NCBI GenBank assembly: GCA_963704165.1
Contig: CAVPHD010000001.1
Span: forward strand, 288,001 to 352,000
DNA: 64,000 nt
Direction: 5' to 3'
DNA from: an uncultured delta proteobacterium
GTDB lineage: Bacteria > Myxococcota_A > UBA9160 > SZUA-336
Shown here: positions 39,740-49,402 of the stretch, piece by piece
Layout of the letters: each line of letters starts with the position of its first letter
Position numbering within the stretch: position 1 is the stretch's first letter
The notes under the pieces: model-generated
What the model was told of the DNA's origin: nothing
Seen by the model: the letters and a program-made list of their open reading frames with translations, nothing else
Databases searched by the model: none
Made by a program: the position numbers and the translations under genes

Positions 39740-40686
39740 CCCCCCGGAGCGCGAACGCGCCGCTCCACCGCGTCGAGCACCAACCTCTCCAGCACCACGC
39801 CGTCGAGGCGGTTGATCTCCTGAATTCCCGTCGGGCTCGTGACGTTGACCTCGGTGAGCCAGCTTCCGATCACGTCGATGCCCGCGAAGACGATCCCGAA
39901 CTCGCGCAGCGTCGGCCCGATGCGCGCGCAGATCTCGCGGTCGCGCGCCGTCAGCGCCGACTTCACCGCCGTCCCGCCGACGTGGAAGTTCGCGCGGGTC
40001 TCCCAGTGCAAGGGTGTGCGCAGGACCGCGCCGACGGGCTCCCCTTCGACCACGATGATGCGCTTGTCGCCGTCGCGGATCTCGGGCACGTAGCGCTGCG
40101 CGATCTGGAACGTGGTTCCGTGCCGGGTGCCGAGCTCGAGAATGGCCGAGACGTTCCGATCCTCTGGAGTCAGGTGGAAGACACCCTCGCCTCCGCACCC
40201 GTCGAGCGGCTTGATCACCATCTCGCCGCCGAGCTTGCGGCGGAACTCGAGCAGCTCGGGGATGCTCCGGCTCACCAGGCTCTCGGGGCAGAGCTCGGGA
40301 AAGCGCAGGATGAAGAGCTTTTCGGTCACCTCGCGCAGGCCGCGCGGCGCGTTCACGACCCGGGTCGTCGGCGGAACGAGATCGAGCAGGTGCGTGACGA
40401 AGAAGTAGTTCAGGTCGTACGGCGGGTCCTTGCGCATCCAGACCACGTCGAACTCGCCGAGCTCACCCGAGCTCGCCGCGCCGAGCTCGAACCAGTCGCG
40501 TCCCTCGCGCACGTGGGTCTCGACCCAGCGGGCACGTGCGGCGCCACCCGGCCCGATCGACAGCTCCGCCACGCCGCAGGTGGCCACGCGATGTCCACGG
40601 CGCGAGGCCTCGCGCATGAAGGCGATGCTGGTGTCTGCATCGGGGTTCAAACCGGGCACCGGATCGACGATAAAGAGGTGCCGCAT
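39736..40686 (-). CDS. gshB: Glutathione synthetase
   Basis: [41 protein letters not shown]. Confidence 0.95.
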   Translation of the reverse strand: MRHLFIVDPVPGLNPDADTSIAFMREASRRGHRVATCGVAELSIGPGGAARARWVETHVREGRDWFELGAASSGELGEFDVVWMRKDPPYDLNYFFVTHLLDLVPPTTRVVNAPRGLREVTEKLFILRFPELCPESLVSRSIPELLEFRRKLGGEMVIKPLDGCGGEGVFHLTPEDRNVSAILELGTRHGTTFQIAQRYVPEIRDGDKRIIVVEGEPVGAVLRTPLHWETRANFHVGGTAVKSALTARDREICARIGPTLREFGIVFAGIDVIGSWLTEVNVTSPTGIQEINRLDGVVLERLVLDAVERRVRAPGG

Positions 40687-40693
40687 GTGGCGG

Positions 40694-40723
40694 ATGCTAG
40701 GGTGGTCCGTCGCGCACTGTCAA
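40694..40723 (-). promoter_or_regulatory. Sigma70-type promoter, probably leaderless, of gshB-purC
   Basis: TTGACA-N18-TAGCAT-N7-ATG. Confidence 0.7.
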
Positions 40724-40791
40724 AGGTACGAGCCCTGCGGTAGGTTCGGCCGCCGGCGCCACGGCCTGCCTGTTCGAATCGAGGAGTGCGC

Positions 40792-43275
40792 TTGAGACGC
40801 CTCGCAAAGCTCGTCCTCGCTCTCTGCATTCTCGCCGCGCTCGGAGCTGCCGGCGGTGCGGTCGCGTTCTGGGTCCTGATCCTGAAGGATCTGCCCGAGA
40901 TCAAGAGCCTGCGCGACTACCGCCCGAATCTGATCACGCGCGTGCTCGACGTCGATGGCAACGAGGTCGCGAGCTTCGCCACCGAGCGGCGCATCATCAT
41001 CCCGATCGAGGAGGTTCCGCGGACGGTCGTCGATGCCTTCGTCGCCGCCGAGGACGGGGAGTTCTACGAACACCAGGGCCTCGACTACGCGGGCATCCTG
41101 CGCGCCGCCTTCACGAACCTGGTCGAGGGACGCAAGGCGCAGGGCGCGAGCACGATCACGCAACAGGTCGCGAAGACCTTCCTGCTCAGCTCCGAGCGCA
41201 GCTATACCCGCAAGCTCAAGGACATGGTGCTCGCGCGACGCATCGAGCAGTCGCTCTCGAAGAACGACATCCTCTATCTGTACCTGAACCAGATCTACAT
41301 GGGTTCGGGCGCGTACGGCCTCGAGGCCGCGGCGCAGACGTACTTCGGGAAGTCCGCACGCGATCTCCAGATCCACGAAGCGGCGGTGATTGCCGGACTC
41401 GTGCCGCGACCGGCCGAGTGGAATCCACACGCCAACGCCGAGATCGCTCGGCGCAAGCAGCTGCTCGTACTGAATCGCATGGTCGAGAAGAACTTCCTCG
41501 ACTCCGCGGCCGCCGAGTCCTGGGCGGCCCAGCCGCTCGTCTACGCGCGCGCGACCTGGCAGGAGCGCGAGTCCGCATCCGCGTTCTTCGTCGAGGAGGT
41601 GCGCCGGTACCTGATGAGCCGATTCGGGGGCGAGCAGGTGCTGACGGGCGGACTGACGGTGCACACGTCCCTCGACGTCGAAGATCAGATCGACGCCTGG
41701 CGCGCGGTTCGCAAAGGGCTGCGCGACCACGATCGGCGAATGGGGTATCGCGGACCGATCCGAAACGTGCCGAAGACGGATTGGCCCGCGGTCATGGACG
41801 AGATCGGCGCGACCAATGCCGCGATCGTTCCCGGCGAGGACTCGCTCCACCGCGGGCTCGTGATCTCGGTCGACGACACGGCACAGAGAATCGAGCTCGC
41901 TCTCGGACCCGAGGAGCGGACCTCGCTCGGGCTTGCCGATGTCGCGTGGGCCGGACCGGTGAACCCCGCGCGGGACGGCGTCGTCGCGCGGGTGTCTCGT
42001 GTCGGACAGGCGCTGCACGCGGGCGACCTGGTCGACCTCGAAGCCCTGAAGTCAGACGGTGAGGAAGCACGCTTCGCGCTGTATCAGCGCCCGCTCGCCG
42101 AAGGCGCACTGATCTCAGTCGATCTCGAGAAGGCGCAGCTCCGGGCGGTCGTCGGTGGCTACAGCTTCGCGCAGAGCGAGTTCAACCGCGCGCTGCAGTC
42201 GCGCCGTCAGCCCGGCTCCGCGTTCAAGCCGATCGTGTACGCCGCTGCGCTCGCGCGCGGGTACACGCCCGCGACGATCGTCCAGGACACCGCGATCGTG
42301 TACGAGGACTACTCGCGCGGGTTCTCCTGGAAGCCCGAGAACTACTCCGAGGATTTCCTCGGCCCGATCACGCTCCGCACGGCGCTCGCGAAGTCCCGGA
42401 ATGCCGCGACGATACGCATTCTCTCCGACATCGGGATCGCCCCGGTGCGCGACATGACGCGCACGCTCGGCATCGCTTCGAAGATGGAGATGAATCTCGG
42501 ACTCGCGCTCGGCAACAGCGAGGTGACGCTGGCCGAGATCGTGCGGGCGTATACCGCGTTCGCAGCCGGCGGGAAGCTGATCGACCCCGTGTTCATCCTC
42601 GAGGTTCGCGACCGCAGCGGACGCGTGATCGCGCGGGACGTTCCGCTTCTCGCGAGTCTCACGTCGACGGACGTGCCGGGTGTCGGACAGGGACTCGACG
42701 ACGTCGAGCGCGCCGAGAAGACGAGCGACGAGGTCGAGCGCGTCATGGAGAAGCTCCGGCGCGAGGCCGAGGCGAAGCAAGGCGAGGAGCTTCCCGCCGA
42801 CTACCAGCTCGATCCCGTCACCGCGTACCTGATGACGGAGATGCTTCGCGCGGTCGTGCAGGAGGGCACCGGATCGCGAGTGAAGGCGCTCGGGCGACCC
42901 GTCGCGGGAAAGACCGGCACCACGAACAATCTTCACGACGCCTGGTTCATCGGCTACTCGCCCGAGATCGCCGCGGGGGTCTGGGTCGGCTACGACACCG
43001 CGCACAGCCTCGGGACGAACGAGACGGGCGGCCGCGCATCGGCACCGATCTTCATCGACTACATGCAACACGCGCTGCGAGATCGGCCAATCCAGGACTT
43101 CGCGGTGCCCGAAGGAGTGGTCTTCGCGCGCGTCGACCGTGCGACCGGACTGCTGGCGCGGCCCGGCAACGGCAACTCCCTCTTCATGCCGTTCCGCGAG
43201 GGCACGGCACCGCTCGAATTGAGCCCCGAAGCCGACGCGCCGGGCAGCGCGCTGCGCCCGTTGCGAGTGGACTGA
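40792..43275 (+). CDS. mrcA: Class A penicillin-binding protein 1A
   Basis: Transglycosylase AAED..FY.H.G and GASTITQQ; OB-type insert; transpeptidase SAFK, SRN, KTG. SD GAGGAG precedes TTG 40792. Confidence 0.93.
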   Translation: MRRLAKLVLALCILAALGAAGGAVAFWVLILKDLPEIKSLRDYRPNLITRVLDVDGNEVASFATERRIIIPIEEVPRTVVDAFVAAEDGEFYEHQGLDYAGILRAAFTNLVEGRKAQGASTITQQVAKTFLLSSERSYTRKLKDMVLARRIEQSLSKNDILYLYLNQIYMGSGAYGLEAAAQTYFGKSARDLQIHEAAVIAGLVPRPAEWNPHANAEIARRKQLLVLNRMVEKNFLDSAAAESWAAQPLVYARATWQERESASAFFVEEVRRYLMSRFGGEQVLTGGLTVHTSLDVEDQIDAWRAVRKGLRDHDRRMGYRGPIRNVPKTDWPAVMDEIGATNAAIVPGEDSLHRGLVISVDDTAQRIELALGPEERTSLGLADVAWAGPVNPARDGVVARVSRVGQALHAGDLVDLEALKSDGEEARFALYQRPLAEGALISVDLEKAQLRAVVGGYSFAQSEFNRALQSRRQPGSAFKPIVYAAALARGYTPATIVQDTAIVYEDYSRGFSWKPENYSEDFLGPITLRTALAKSRNAATIRILSDIGIAPVRDMTRTLGIASKMEMNLGLALGNSEVTLAEIVRAYTAFAAGGKLIDPVFILEVRDRSGRVIARDVPLLASLTSTDVPGVGQGLDDVERAEKTSDEVERVMEKLRREAEAKQGEELPADYQLDPVTAYLMTEMLRAVVQEGTGSRVKALGRPVAGKTGTTNNLHDAWFIGYSPEIAAGVWVGYDTAHSLGTNETGGRASAPIFIDYMQHALRDRPIQDFAVPEGVVFARVDRATGLLARPGNGNSLFMPFREGTAPLELSPEADAPGSALRPLRVD

Positions 43276-43276
43276 T

Positions 43277-44848
43277 CTGTCCGACCGGGTCCTGATCATC
43301 GGAGGCGGACACAACGGGCTGGTCTGCGCGGCCTATCTCGCACGCGCGGGAATTCCCGTCACGCTCGTCGAACGCCGCGAGCTGTTCGGAGGAGCGTGCG
43401 TCACCGAGTCGCTCTGGCCCGGGTACCGCGTCTCGCGCGCCGCCTACGTGCTCTCGCTCTTCCGGCCCGCGATCGCTCGCGAGTTGGCGCTCGAACGCCA
43501 TGGGCTTCGGCTCCTGCCCAGGTCGCCGGCGTCGGTCACTCCGCTTCCGGACGGTCGCGCGCTCGTTCTCGGCGCGGGTACGGCAAGCGACGTCGAGGAG
43601 ATCGCGCGCTTCTCGACGCGCGATGCCGCACGCTGGCCCGAATTCGAGCGCTGGCTCGAACGCGTCGCGTCGGTCGTCGAGCCGCTTCTCGACGACGCAC
43701 CCCCGTCGTTCTCCGGGCTGGGACCACGGAACCTCGTGCGCTGGGGACGACTCGGCCGCGCGGCGCTCCGACTCGGCGGTCGCATTCCCGAGGCTTTGCG
43801 ACTTCTGCTCGGACCGGCGCGCGCGATCCTCGAGGACCACTTCGAATCCGAACCGCTGCGCTCGACGCTCGCGACCGATGCGATCATCGGCGCGTTCGCA
43901 TCGCCCTCGATGCCGGGCACCGGGTACGTCCTCTTTCACCACGTGATGGGAACGCTCGGCGGCCGGCGCGGCGTGTGGGCGTACGTGCAGGGAGGAATGG
44001 GCGCGCTCTCCGACGCGCTCGCGGATTCCGCGCGTGCGGCGGGAGCCGAGCTGCGTGCGAACTCCGAGGTCGTCGCGATCCGCTGCCGCGACGGACGGGT
44101 GCGCGGCGTCGCGCTCGCGAGTGGCGAGACGATCGACGCCGATCTCGTGGTCTCGGGGATGGACCTGCCGCGCACCGCCTCCCTCGTGGACGACGCCGAT
44201 CTCGCCCGGGAGTTCCCGCGCGCAGACTCGCGAAGCCCGGTCGTGAAGCTCAACCTCGCCCTCGGCTCGCTGCCGCGCTTCCGCGTGCGCGATCGCGAGT
44301 CGCTGCCGCTCTCCGGCACGATCCACATCGGCCCGACCGATCTCGACGGCATCGAGCGCGCGTTCGGTGACGCGGCGGCGGGCCGCGTCTCGGAGCTGCC
44401 CGTGGTGGAGCTGACGCTGCCCTCCACGCTCGACCGCACGCTCGCGCCACCCGGCAAGCACGTCGCGTCGATCTTCGCGCAGTACGCGCCGGTCCTTCCG
44501 GCGAACGACCCGCGTTGGCCGGAGCTGCGCGACGCGATGCGCGACCGCGCGATCGCGGCGATCGAGACACTCGCGCCCGGCTTCGCGGCCTCGATCGAGC
44601 AGATCGAGGTCCTCGCCGCGCCCGACCTCGAAGGCGTATTCGGCCTCACCGGCGGGAACATCTTCCACGGCGCGATGACACCCGATCGCCTGCTCTTCAT
44701 GCGGCCGAGCGGGTCGCTGGCGCCGTACCACACGCCGATCGACGGTCTCTGGCTCTGCGGCTCGGCTACACACCCCGGTGGCGGCGTCATGGGCGCACCC
44801 GGGCGCAATGCCGCACGCGAGATCCTGCGGGCGCGGGGCCGCTCCTAG
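43277..44848 (+). CDS. Phytoene dehydrogenase-like (PYROXD2-like) FAD oxidoreductase; probable CTG start
   Basis: The frame extends upstream of the tracked ORF through VLIIGGGHNGLVCAAYLA and GGACVTE; C-terminal GGNIFHG and CGSATHPGGGVMGAPGRNAA. Confidence 0.88.
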   Translation: MSDRVLIIGGGHNGLVCAAYLARAGIPVTLVERRELFGGACVTESLWPGYRVSRAAYVLSLFRPAIARELALERHGLRLLPRSPASVTPLPDGRALVLGAGTASDVEEIARFSTRDAARWPEFERWLERVASVVEPLLDDAPPSFSGLGPRNLVRWGRLGRAALRLGGRIPEALRLLLGPARAILEDHFESEPLRSTLATDAIIGAFASPSMPGTGYVLFHHVMGTLGGRRGVWAYVQGGMGALSDALADSARAAGAELRANSEVVAIRCRDGRVRGVALASGETIDADLVVSGMDLPRTASLVDDADLAREFPRADSRSPVVKLNLALGSLPRFRVRDRESLPLSGTIHIGPTDLDGIERAFGDAAAGRVSELPVVELTLPSTLDRTLAPPGKHVASIFAQYAPVLPANDPRWPELRDAMRDRAIAAIETLAPGFAASIEQIEVLAAPDLEGVFGLTGGNIFHGAMTPDRLLFMRPSGSLAPYHTPIDGLWLCGSATHPGGGVMGAPGRNAAREILRARGRS

Positions 44849-46032
44849 CGGAGCCCCGTGCCACTCGCCGCGAAGGCGCGCGCGACCTCGGCTCGCAGCT
44901 CCGCGTCGCAGAAGAAATCGAGCGCGGTCATCGCCAGCGCCTTCGCGCCGTCGAGCACGGCGCGATCTCCGGATTCCGAACCCGAGTACTTGGTGAACTC
45001 CGCGTTGTGGATGGTCACGTGCGGCGGCGAGACGGCGATCATCGGGTGGATCGACGGCACGCGATGACTGACGTTTCCCATGTCGGTGCTGCCCTGGACG
45101 CCGGGCGGCAGCTTCTCGTACGGAAAGAACTGAAGCCCCAGAGCCTCGGCATTCGCCTGGTAGCTCCGCGCGAGCGGCCACGAGGTGTTCAGATCGAGGT
45201 AATCGACATCGCCCCAGACGAGCTCGAGCGAGGCGCCGGTCGCTTCCGCGCCCGCGCGAAAGCAACCTTCGACGCGCGGCTTGAGTTCTGCGAGCTGCGG
45301 CGCGTTCGCGGCACGAACGTAGAAGCACCCGGCCGCGCGCTCCGGAACGATGTTCGGCGCTTGCCCGCCGTCGGTGATGATCCCGTGGAGTCGCTCCGTC
45401 GGACGGATGTGCTGGCGGAGCGCGGCGATCGCCTGGTATGCGATCACGAGCGCGTCGAGCGCGTTCACGCCGCGCTCGGGCATCGCCGAGGAATGTGCGG
45501 CCACGCCGCGATAACGCACCTCGAGCTCGGCGATCGCGATGCACGGCATGGTTGCGAGATTCACACCCGAGGGGTGCACCATCAGCGCGGCATCCACGCC
45601 TTCGAATGCGCCGTTGCGCGCCATGATCTCCTTGCCACCGCCGCGCTCCTCGGCCGGCGTGCCGAGCCAGCGCACGCGTCCGGGAAGTCGCGCGCCGAGC
45701 GACGCGAGCCCGAGCGCAGCGCCGAGCGCGGTGGTCGCGATGATGTTGTGGCCGCACGCGTGACCGATCCCGGGCAACGCGTCGTATTCGGAGAGCAGAG
45801 CCACCGTCGGTGAAGCTGCGCCGATCTCGGCGCAGATCGCGGTCTCGAGCCCGAACACGCCGAGCTTCGCCTCGACGCCGGCCTTCTGCGCCACCTCGGT
45901 CAGCAGACGCGAGGCCCTGACCTCCTCGAACGCGAGCTCGGGATGCGCGTGGATCGCGCGCGAGGCGGACACGAGCTCAGGGGCGAGGGCGTCGATCGCG
46001 GCGAGGACGTCCGACTTCAGCCGCTCCAACAT
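44845..46032 (-). CDS. M20 family amidohydrolase (ACY1L2-like)
   Basis: HPELAFEE, EYDALPGIGHACGHN, GTPAEERGGGK, GSTDMGNVS. Confidence 0.92.
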   Translation of the reverse strand: MLERLKSDVLAAIDALAPELVSASRAIHAHPELAFEEVRASRLLTEVAQKAGVEAKLGVFGLETAICAEIGAASPTVALLSEYDALPGIGHACGHNIIATTALGAALGLASLGARLPGRVRWLGTPAEERGGGKEIMARNGAFEGVDAALMVHPSGVNLATMPCIAIAELEVRYRGVAAHSSAMPERGVNALDALVIAYQAIAALRQHIRPTERLHGIITDGGQAPNIVPERAAGCFYVRAANAPQLAELKPRVEGCFRAGAEATGASLELVWGDVDYLDLNTSWPLARSYQANAEALGLQFFPYEKLPPGVQGSTDMGNVSHRVPSIHPMIAVSPPHVTIHNAEFTKYSGSESGDRAVLDGAKALAMTALDFFCDAELRAEVARAFAASGTGLR

Positions 46033-46129
46033 CGGGCAAGTATACGCGCGGAGTTGCCGCGGCGAGCTCGAACGAAACGGGCGGCGCGAATCGCTGGAAT
46101 GAGAAAAAATAGCGAAAGTCGCCGGCCAG

Positions 46130-46149
46130 AAAAAACCCGCCGAGGCGGG
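46130..46149 (-). terminator. Rho-independent terminator
   Basis: Minus strand reads CCCGC-CTCG-GCGGG-TTTTTT. Confidence 0.8.
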
Positions 46150-46167
46150 GTATGTCTTTGAACGTGA
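46130..46167 (-). ncRNA. Candidate very short sRNA (about 37 nt)
   Basis: TTGACG-N18-GAAAAT (with TG extension) at 46202-46173 lies just upstream of the terminator, with no ORF in between. Confidence 0.4.
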
Positions 46168-46296
46168 ACGGGATTTTCTCACGGCGGCTTCGGCTTCGTC
46201 AAGCTCTTTCTTTGACTTCGCCGCGATCTCGGGAAATCGCCCCGCAACCGGGGAAAACCCGCGCTGAACTCGAGCGGAAGGGCTCCGAAGTGCCGC

Positions 46297-46911
46297 TCAG
46301 ACGGCGCCGGTCGGGGCGGACCGGGGCGCCTCGAGCCCGGTGAGATGCTCGCAGCAGTTCAAGAGCGCGATCTCGTGCGGCGGAAGGGCGCCGATCACGG
46401 TGACCGAGGTGTTCCCCCAGGCCTCCGGGACCGGAACTCCCGTCGGGCGCGAGGCCAATCGCTCGACCACCGACCGGCAGACGAGGCCGTGGCTGATCAC
46501 CGCGAGATCGCCCGAAAGGCGCTCCGCGCGCGCGCGGAGCTTCTCCCATGCGCGCGCGACCCGCGCGTGGAACTCCGGCCAGCTCTCGCCGCCGGGCGGG
46601 GCAAAGTCGGGTGCGAAGATGTCGACGCCGATCTCCGCGTACGACCGACCGCGAAGATCGCCGAAGTTCCGCTCACGGAGCTCGGGCCAGAGTTCGAGCT
46701 TCGCGTTCGTCGCGGCTCGCACCTGCTCCGCGGTTCCACTCGCGCGCGCGTAGTCGCTCGCGACGATCTCGGCGACGTCGAGCTTTGCCAGCCGTGCCGC
46801 CACGAGCGCGGCCTGCGCCAGACCACGCTCGGAAAGCGGCGCATCCGGGAGCTGAACGACGCGCGCCGCATTCGCGGGAGTTTCTCCGTGTCGGACGAGC
46901 AGAATCGCCAT
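46297..46911 (-). CDS. Histidine phosphatase (PGM-like) family protein
   Basis: LVRHGET, SDYARA, LRERNFG, ISHG. Confidence 0.9.
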   Translation of the reverse strand: MAILLVRHGETPANAARVVQLPDAPLSERGLAQAALVAARLAKLDVAEIVASDYARASGTAEQVRAATNAKLELWPELRERNFGDLRGRSYAEIGVDIFAPDFAPPGGESWPEFHARVARAWEKLRARAERLSGDLAVISHGLVCRSVVERLASRPTGVPVPEAWGNTSVTVIGALPPHEIALLNCCEHLTGLEAPRSAPTGAV

Positions 46912-46948
46912 CGCGGGGAACCTAGCAGAGGTGGTAGTTTCTGCGGCG

Positions 46949-47743
46949 ATGCAGGCCTACCTCGATCTTCTCCGCCACGTCCGCGATCACGGCGTGCGCA
47001 AGCCGGACCGCACCGGCACGGGCACGCGAAGCGTCTTCGGCTGGCAGTCGCGGTATGACCTGCGCCGTGGGTTCCCCGCCGTCACGACCAAGCGCCTGCA
47101 CCTGCGCTCGATCTTCCACGAGCTGCTCTGGTTCCTGCGTGGCGACACGAACGTGCGTTACCTGCACGAGAACGGAGTCTCGATCTGGGACGAGTGGGCG
47201 GACGCGGACGGCGAGCTCGGTCCGATCTACGGCGCGCAGTGGCGAGCGTGGCGGACGGCCGACGGGCGCGTGCTCGACCAGCTTTCCGCCGTCGAGGAGC
47301 AGATCCGCCGCGATCCGGATTCACGGCGCCTGATCGTATCGGCCTGGAACGTCGGCGAGCTCGAGCGAATGGCGCTTCCGCCCTGCCACCTGCTCTTCCA
47401 GTTCTACGTGGCCGAAGGCCGGCTCTCGTGCCAGCTCTACCAGCGCAGCGCCGACGTCTTCCTCGGAGTTCCCTTCAACATCGCTTCGTACGCGCTGTTG
47501 ACTCACATGATGGCGCAGGTGACGGGCCTCGAGCCCGGCGAATTCGTGCACACGCTCGGCGACGCGCACCTCTACCTGAACCATCTCGAGCAGACGGACC
47601 TGCAGCTCTCGCGCGCTCCCTACGAGCTACCGCGGCTCGAGTTGCGGCCCGACGTGAAGTCGATCGCGGACTTCAGCTACGAAGACATCCGGCTCGTCGA
47701 CTATCGCGCACATCCCGCGATCGCCGCGCCGATCGCGGTCTAG
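46949..47743 (+). CDS. thyA: Thymidylate synthase
   Basis: [37 protein letters not shown]. Confidence 0.97.
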   Translation: MQAYLDLLRHVRDHGVRKPDRTGTGTRSVFGWQSRYDLRRGFPAVTTKRLHLRSIFHELLWFLRGDTNVRYLHENGVSIWDEWADADGELGPIYGAQWRAWRTADGRVLDQLSAVEEQIRRDPDSRRLIVSAWNVGELERMALPPCHLLFQFYVAEGRLSCQLYQRSADVFLGVPFNIASYALLTHMMAQVTGLEPGEFVHTLGDAHLYLNHLEQTDLQLSRAPYELPRLELRPDVKSIADFSYEDIRLVDYRAHPAIAAPIAV

Positions 47744-47751
47744 CGGACCCG

Positions 47752-48255
47752 ATGATTTCGCTGATCGTCGCCGTCGCCGAGAATCGCGTGATCGGTGCGC
47801 GCGGTGCGTTGCCGTGGCGTCTCCCCGACGATCTCGCGCACTTCAAACGCACGACACTCGGCAAGCCCGTACTGATGGGCCGACGCACCTGGGAGTCGCT
47901 CGGCCGGCCCCTGCCGGGCCGAGCGAACGTCGTTCTGTCTCGCGACCCCGGCTTCAAGGCGCACGGCGTGCTCATCGCGCGCGACCTCGACGAGGCGATC
48001 GGCATGAACGCGGCCGCACCCGAGCAGTTCGTGATCGGCGGCGCCTCGCTCTATGTTGAAGCGCTGCCCCGTGCCGAGCGGATCTACCTGACACGCGTGC
48101 ACGGTCGGCCGTCGGGCGACGTGTTCTTTCCCGAGCTCGAGTCGGGCGAATGGGGTGAATCCCTGATCGCGAAGCACCCGGCCGACGCGCGGCACGAGTT
48201 CGCGTTCTCCGTGCATCTGCTCATGCGCCGGAATCGGGCTCAGAGAAGCGCGTAG
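47752..48255 (+). CDS. folA: Dihydrofolate reductase
   Basis: LPWRLPDDLAHFK, MGRRTWES, PLPGRAN, VIGG, GDVFFP. Confidence 0.96.
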   Translation: MISLIVAVAENRVIGARGALPWRLPDDLAHFKRTTLGKPVLMGRRTWESLGRPLPGRANVVLSRDPGFKAHGVLIARDLDEAIGMNAAAPEQFVIGGASLYVEALPRAERIYLTRVHGRPSGDVFFPELESGEWGESLIAKHPADARHEFAFSVHLLMRRNRAQRSA

Positions 48256-48947
48256 CTGGCGGCGGCCTCGAGCGCCTCCTGGTCGAACAAGGTGATGATC
48301 CCGCGTTCCATCCGCAGCACGCCCGCCCGGGTCCAGGCGCGCATGTGCTTGTTCACGCTCTCGCGCGTCGCACCGACGAGCTCGCCAAGCGCGTGCTGCG
48401 GGAGCCGGAGGTCGATCCGCGTGCCCTCGGGTACGGGCTTTCCGTGATCCTGAGCGAGTGAGAGCAGCTTCTTCGCGAGCCGTCCGGAAATCGAGAGCAG
48501 CATCGCGTCCTCCATCGCATCCGAGAGCGCACGCAGCCGCTGCGCGAGGGCGGTCGCGAGCTGGATGGTCACCTTCGGGTGCTCTTCGAGGAACGGCAGC
48601 AGATCCCGGCGATGCAAGGTCAGAAGCTCCACCGGTTCGACGGCGGCGATCGTGGCGGAGCGCGGTTGCGAGTCGAGCAGGGCGATCTCCCCGAAAACCT
48701 CCCCCGGCTCGAGAAACCGGAAGATGACCTCCTTCGAATCCGCACCCGAAAAGACGCGCAGCCGGCCGCGCAACACGCCGTAGAGCGTCGACCCCTCGTC
48801 GCCCTTTCGGAAGAGCACCTCGCGCGTCCGCAGCCTTCGCGTGCCGGTGATCGCGTAGAGCAGGTCGAAGTCGCGTCGGGAGAGCCCCGCGAACACGGGA
48901 ATCCGCTCGATCAGGGCACGCCCGTCGATCGCACGAGAGAGCGTCAT
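48240..48947 (-). CDS. Crp/Fnr family transcriptional regulator
   Basis: cNMP pocket FGEIAL...PRSA; HTH LGELVGATRESVNK. Start placed at ATG 48947, 7 nt after TATGCT. Confidence 0.92.
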   Translation of the reverse strand: MTLSRAIDGRALIERIPVFAGLSRRDFDLLYAITGTRRLRTREVLFRKGDEGSTLYGVLRGRLRVFSGADSKEVIFRFLEPGEVFGEIALLDSQPRSATIAAVEPVELLTLHRRDLLPFLEEHPKVTIQLATALAQRLRALSDAMEDAMLLSISGRLAKKLLSLAQDHGKPVPEGTRIDLRLPQHALGELVGATRESVNKHMRAWTRAGVLRMERGIITLFDQEALEAAASYALL

Positions 48948-49018
48948 GCGCAGAAGCATAGTCCAAGCTGCCGGACCGCGATCTCGCACGCTCCGTCGCC
49001 GAGAAATCCCGGGGGTAC

Positions 49019-49034
49019 AGTGAAACACTTCACA
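49019..49034. promoter_or_regulatory. Crp-box-like site
   Basis: AGTGA-AACACT-TCACA, 9/10 match to TGTGA-N6-TCACA, upstream of the crp-family gene. Confidence 0.65.
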
Positions 49035-49103
49035 GCCCGCCCGACTCGTAAGAACGATGCTCTCGTCGAAGGCAGTGAACTGCGCAGTCAGGGAGGACGT
49101 GAA

Positions 49104-49370
49104 GTGGACATCCGATTCGGTACCGCTCGACGCCTCTCGGACCTGCCGATCCGTTCCAAGGCAAGCGCAGGCAACGAGGGCGAGCAGCCCACCCCCGCCC
49201 CGGTCGTGGCCACCGTTGGCGTAGACACGGACCCCCTCCCCGTCTACCCGCCAGCGCGTCGAGCCGCACCGTGGGCGATGGTGAGCGGACCTCCGCGCGG
49301 TACGCGCGGAGGTCCGATGCGGCTCGCCCTCGTGCCTGCGCACGTCTCTCCGACCGTCACGCGCTGCTGA
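49104..49370 (+). CDS. Possible small Pro-rich hypothetical protein (88 aa); may instead be a structured RNA
   Basis: GGGAGG SD 7 nt before GTG 49104; the open frame fills the intergenic gap; no recognisable domain. Confidence 0.3.
   Translation: MDIRFGTARRLSDLPIRSKASAGNEGEQPTPAPVVATVGVDTDPLPVYPPARRAAPWAMVSGPPRGTRGGPMRLALVPAHVSPTVTRC
49286..49316. repeat. Perfect 14-bp inverted repeat (hairpin)
   Basis: CGGACCTCCGCGCG-GTA-CGCGCGGAGGTCCG. Confidence 0.85.
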
Positions 49371-49402
49371 CCGACGAACGCGGTTGCGCGAGAATCGAGC
49401 CC

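Noticed and set aside
44845..46182. N-terminal extension of the M20 peptidase (MRKSRSRSK...)
   Set aside because: It runs through a terminator hairpin and promoter; family homology starts at ATG 46032.
46949..48255. thyA-folA as a phage or integron trimethoprim-resistance cassette
   Set aside because: Ordinary chromosomal pairing, host-like GC, and no attC, integrase or phage genes.
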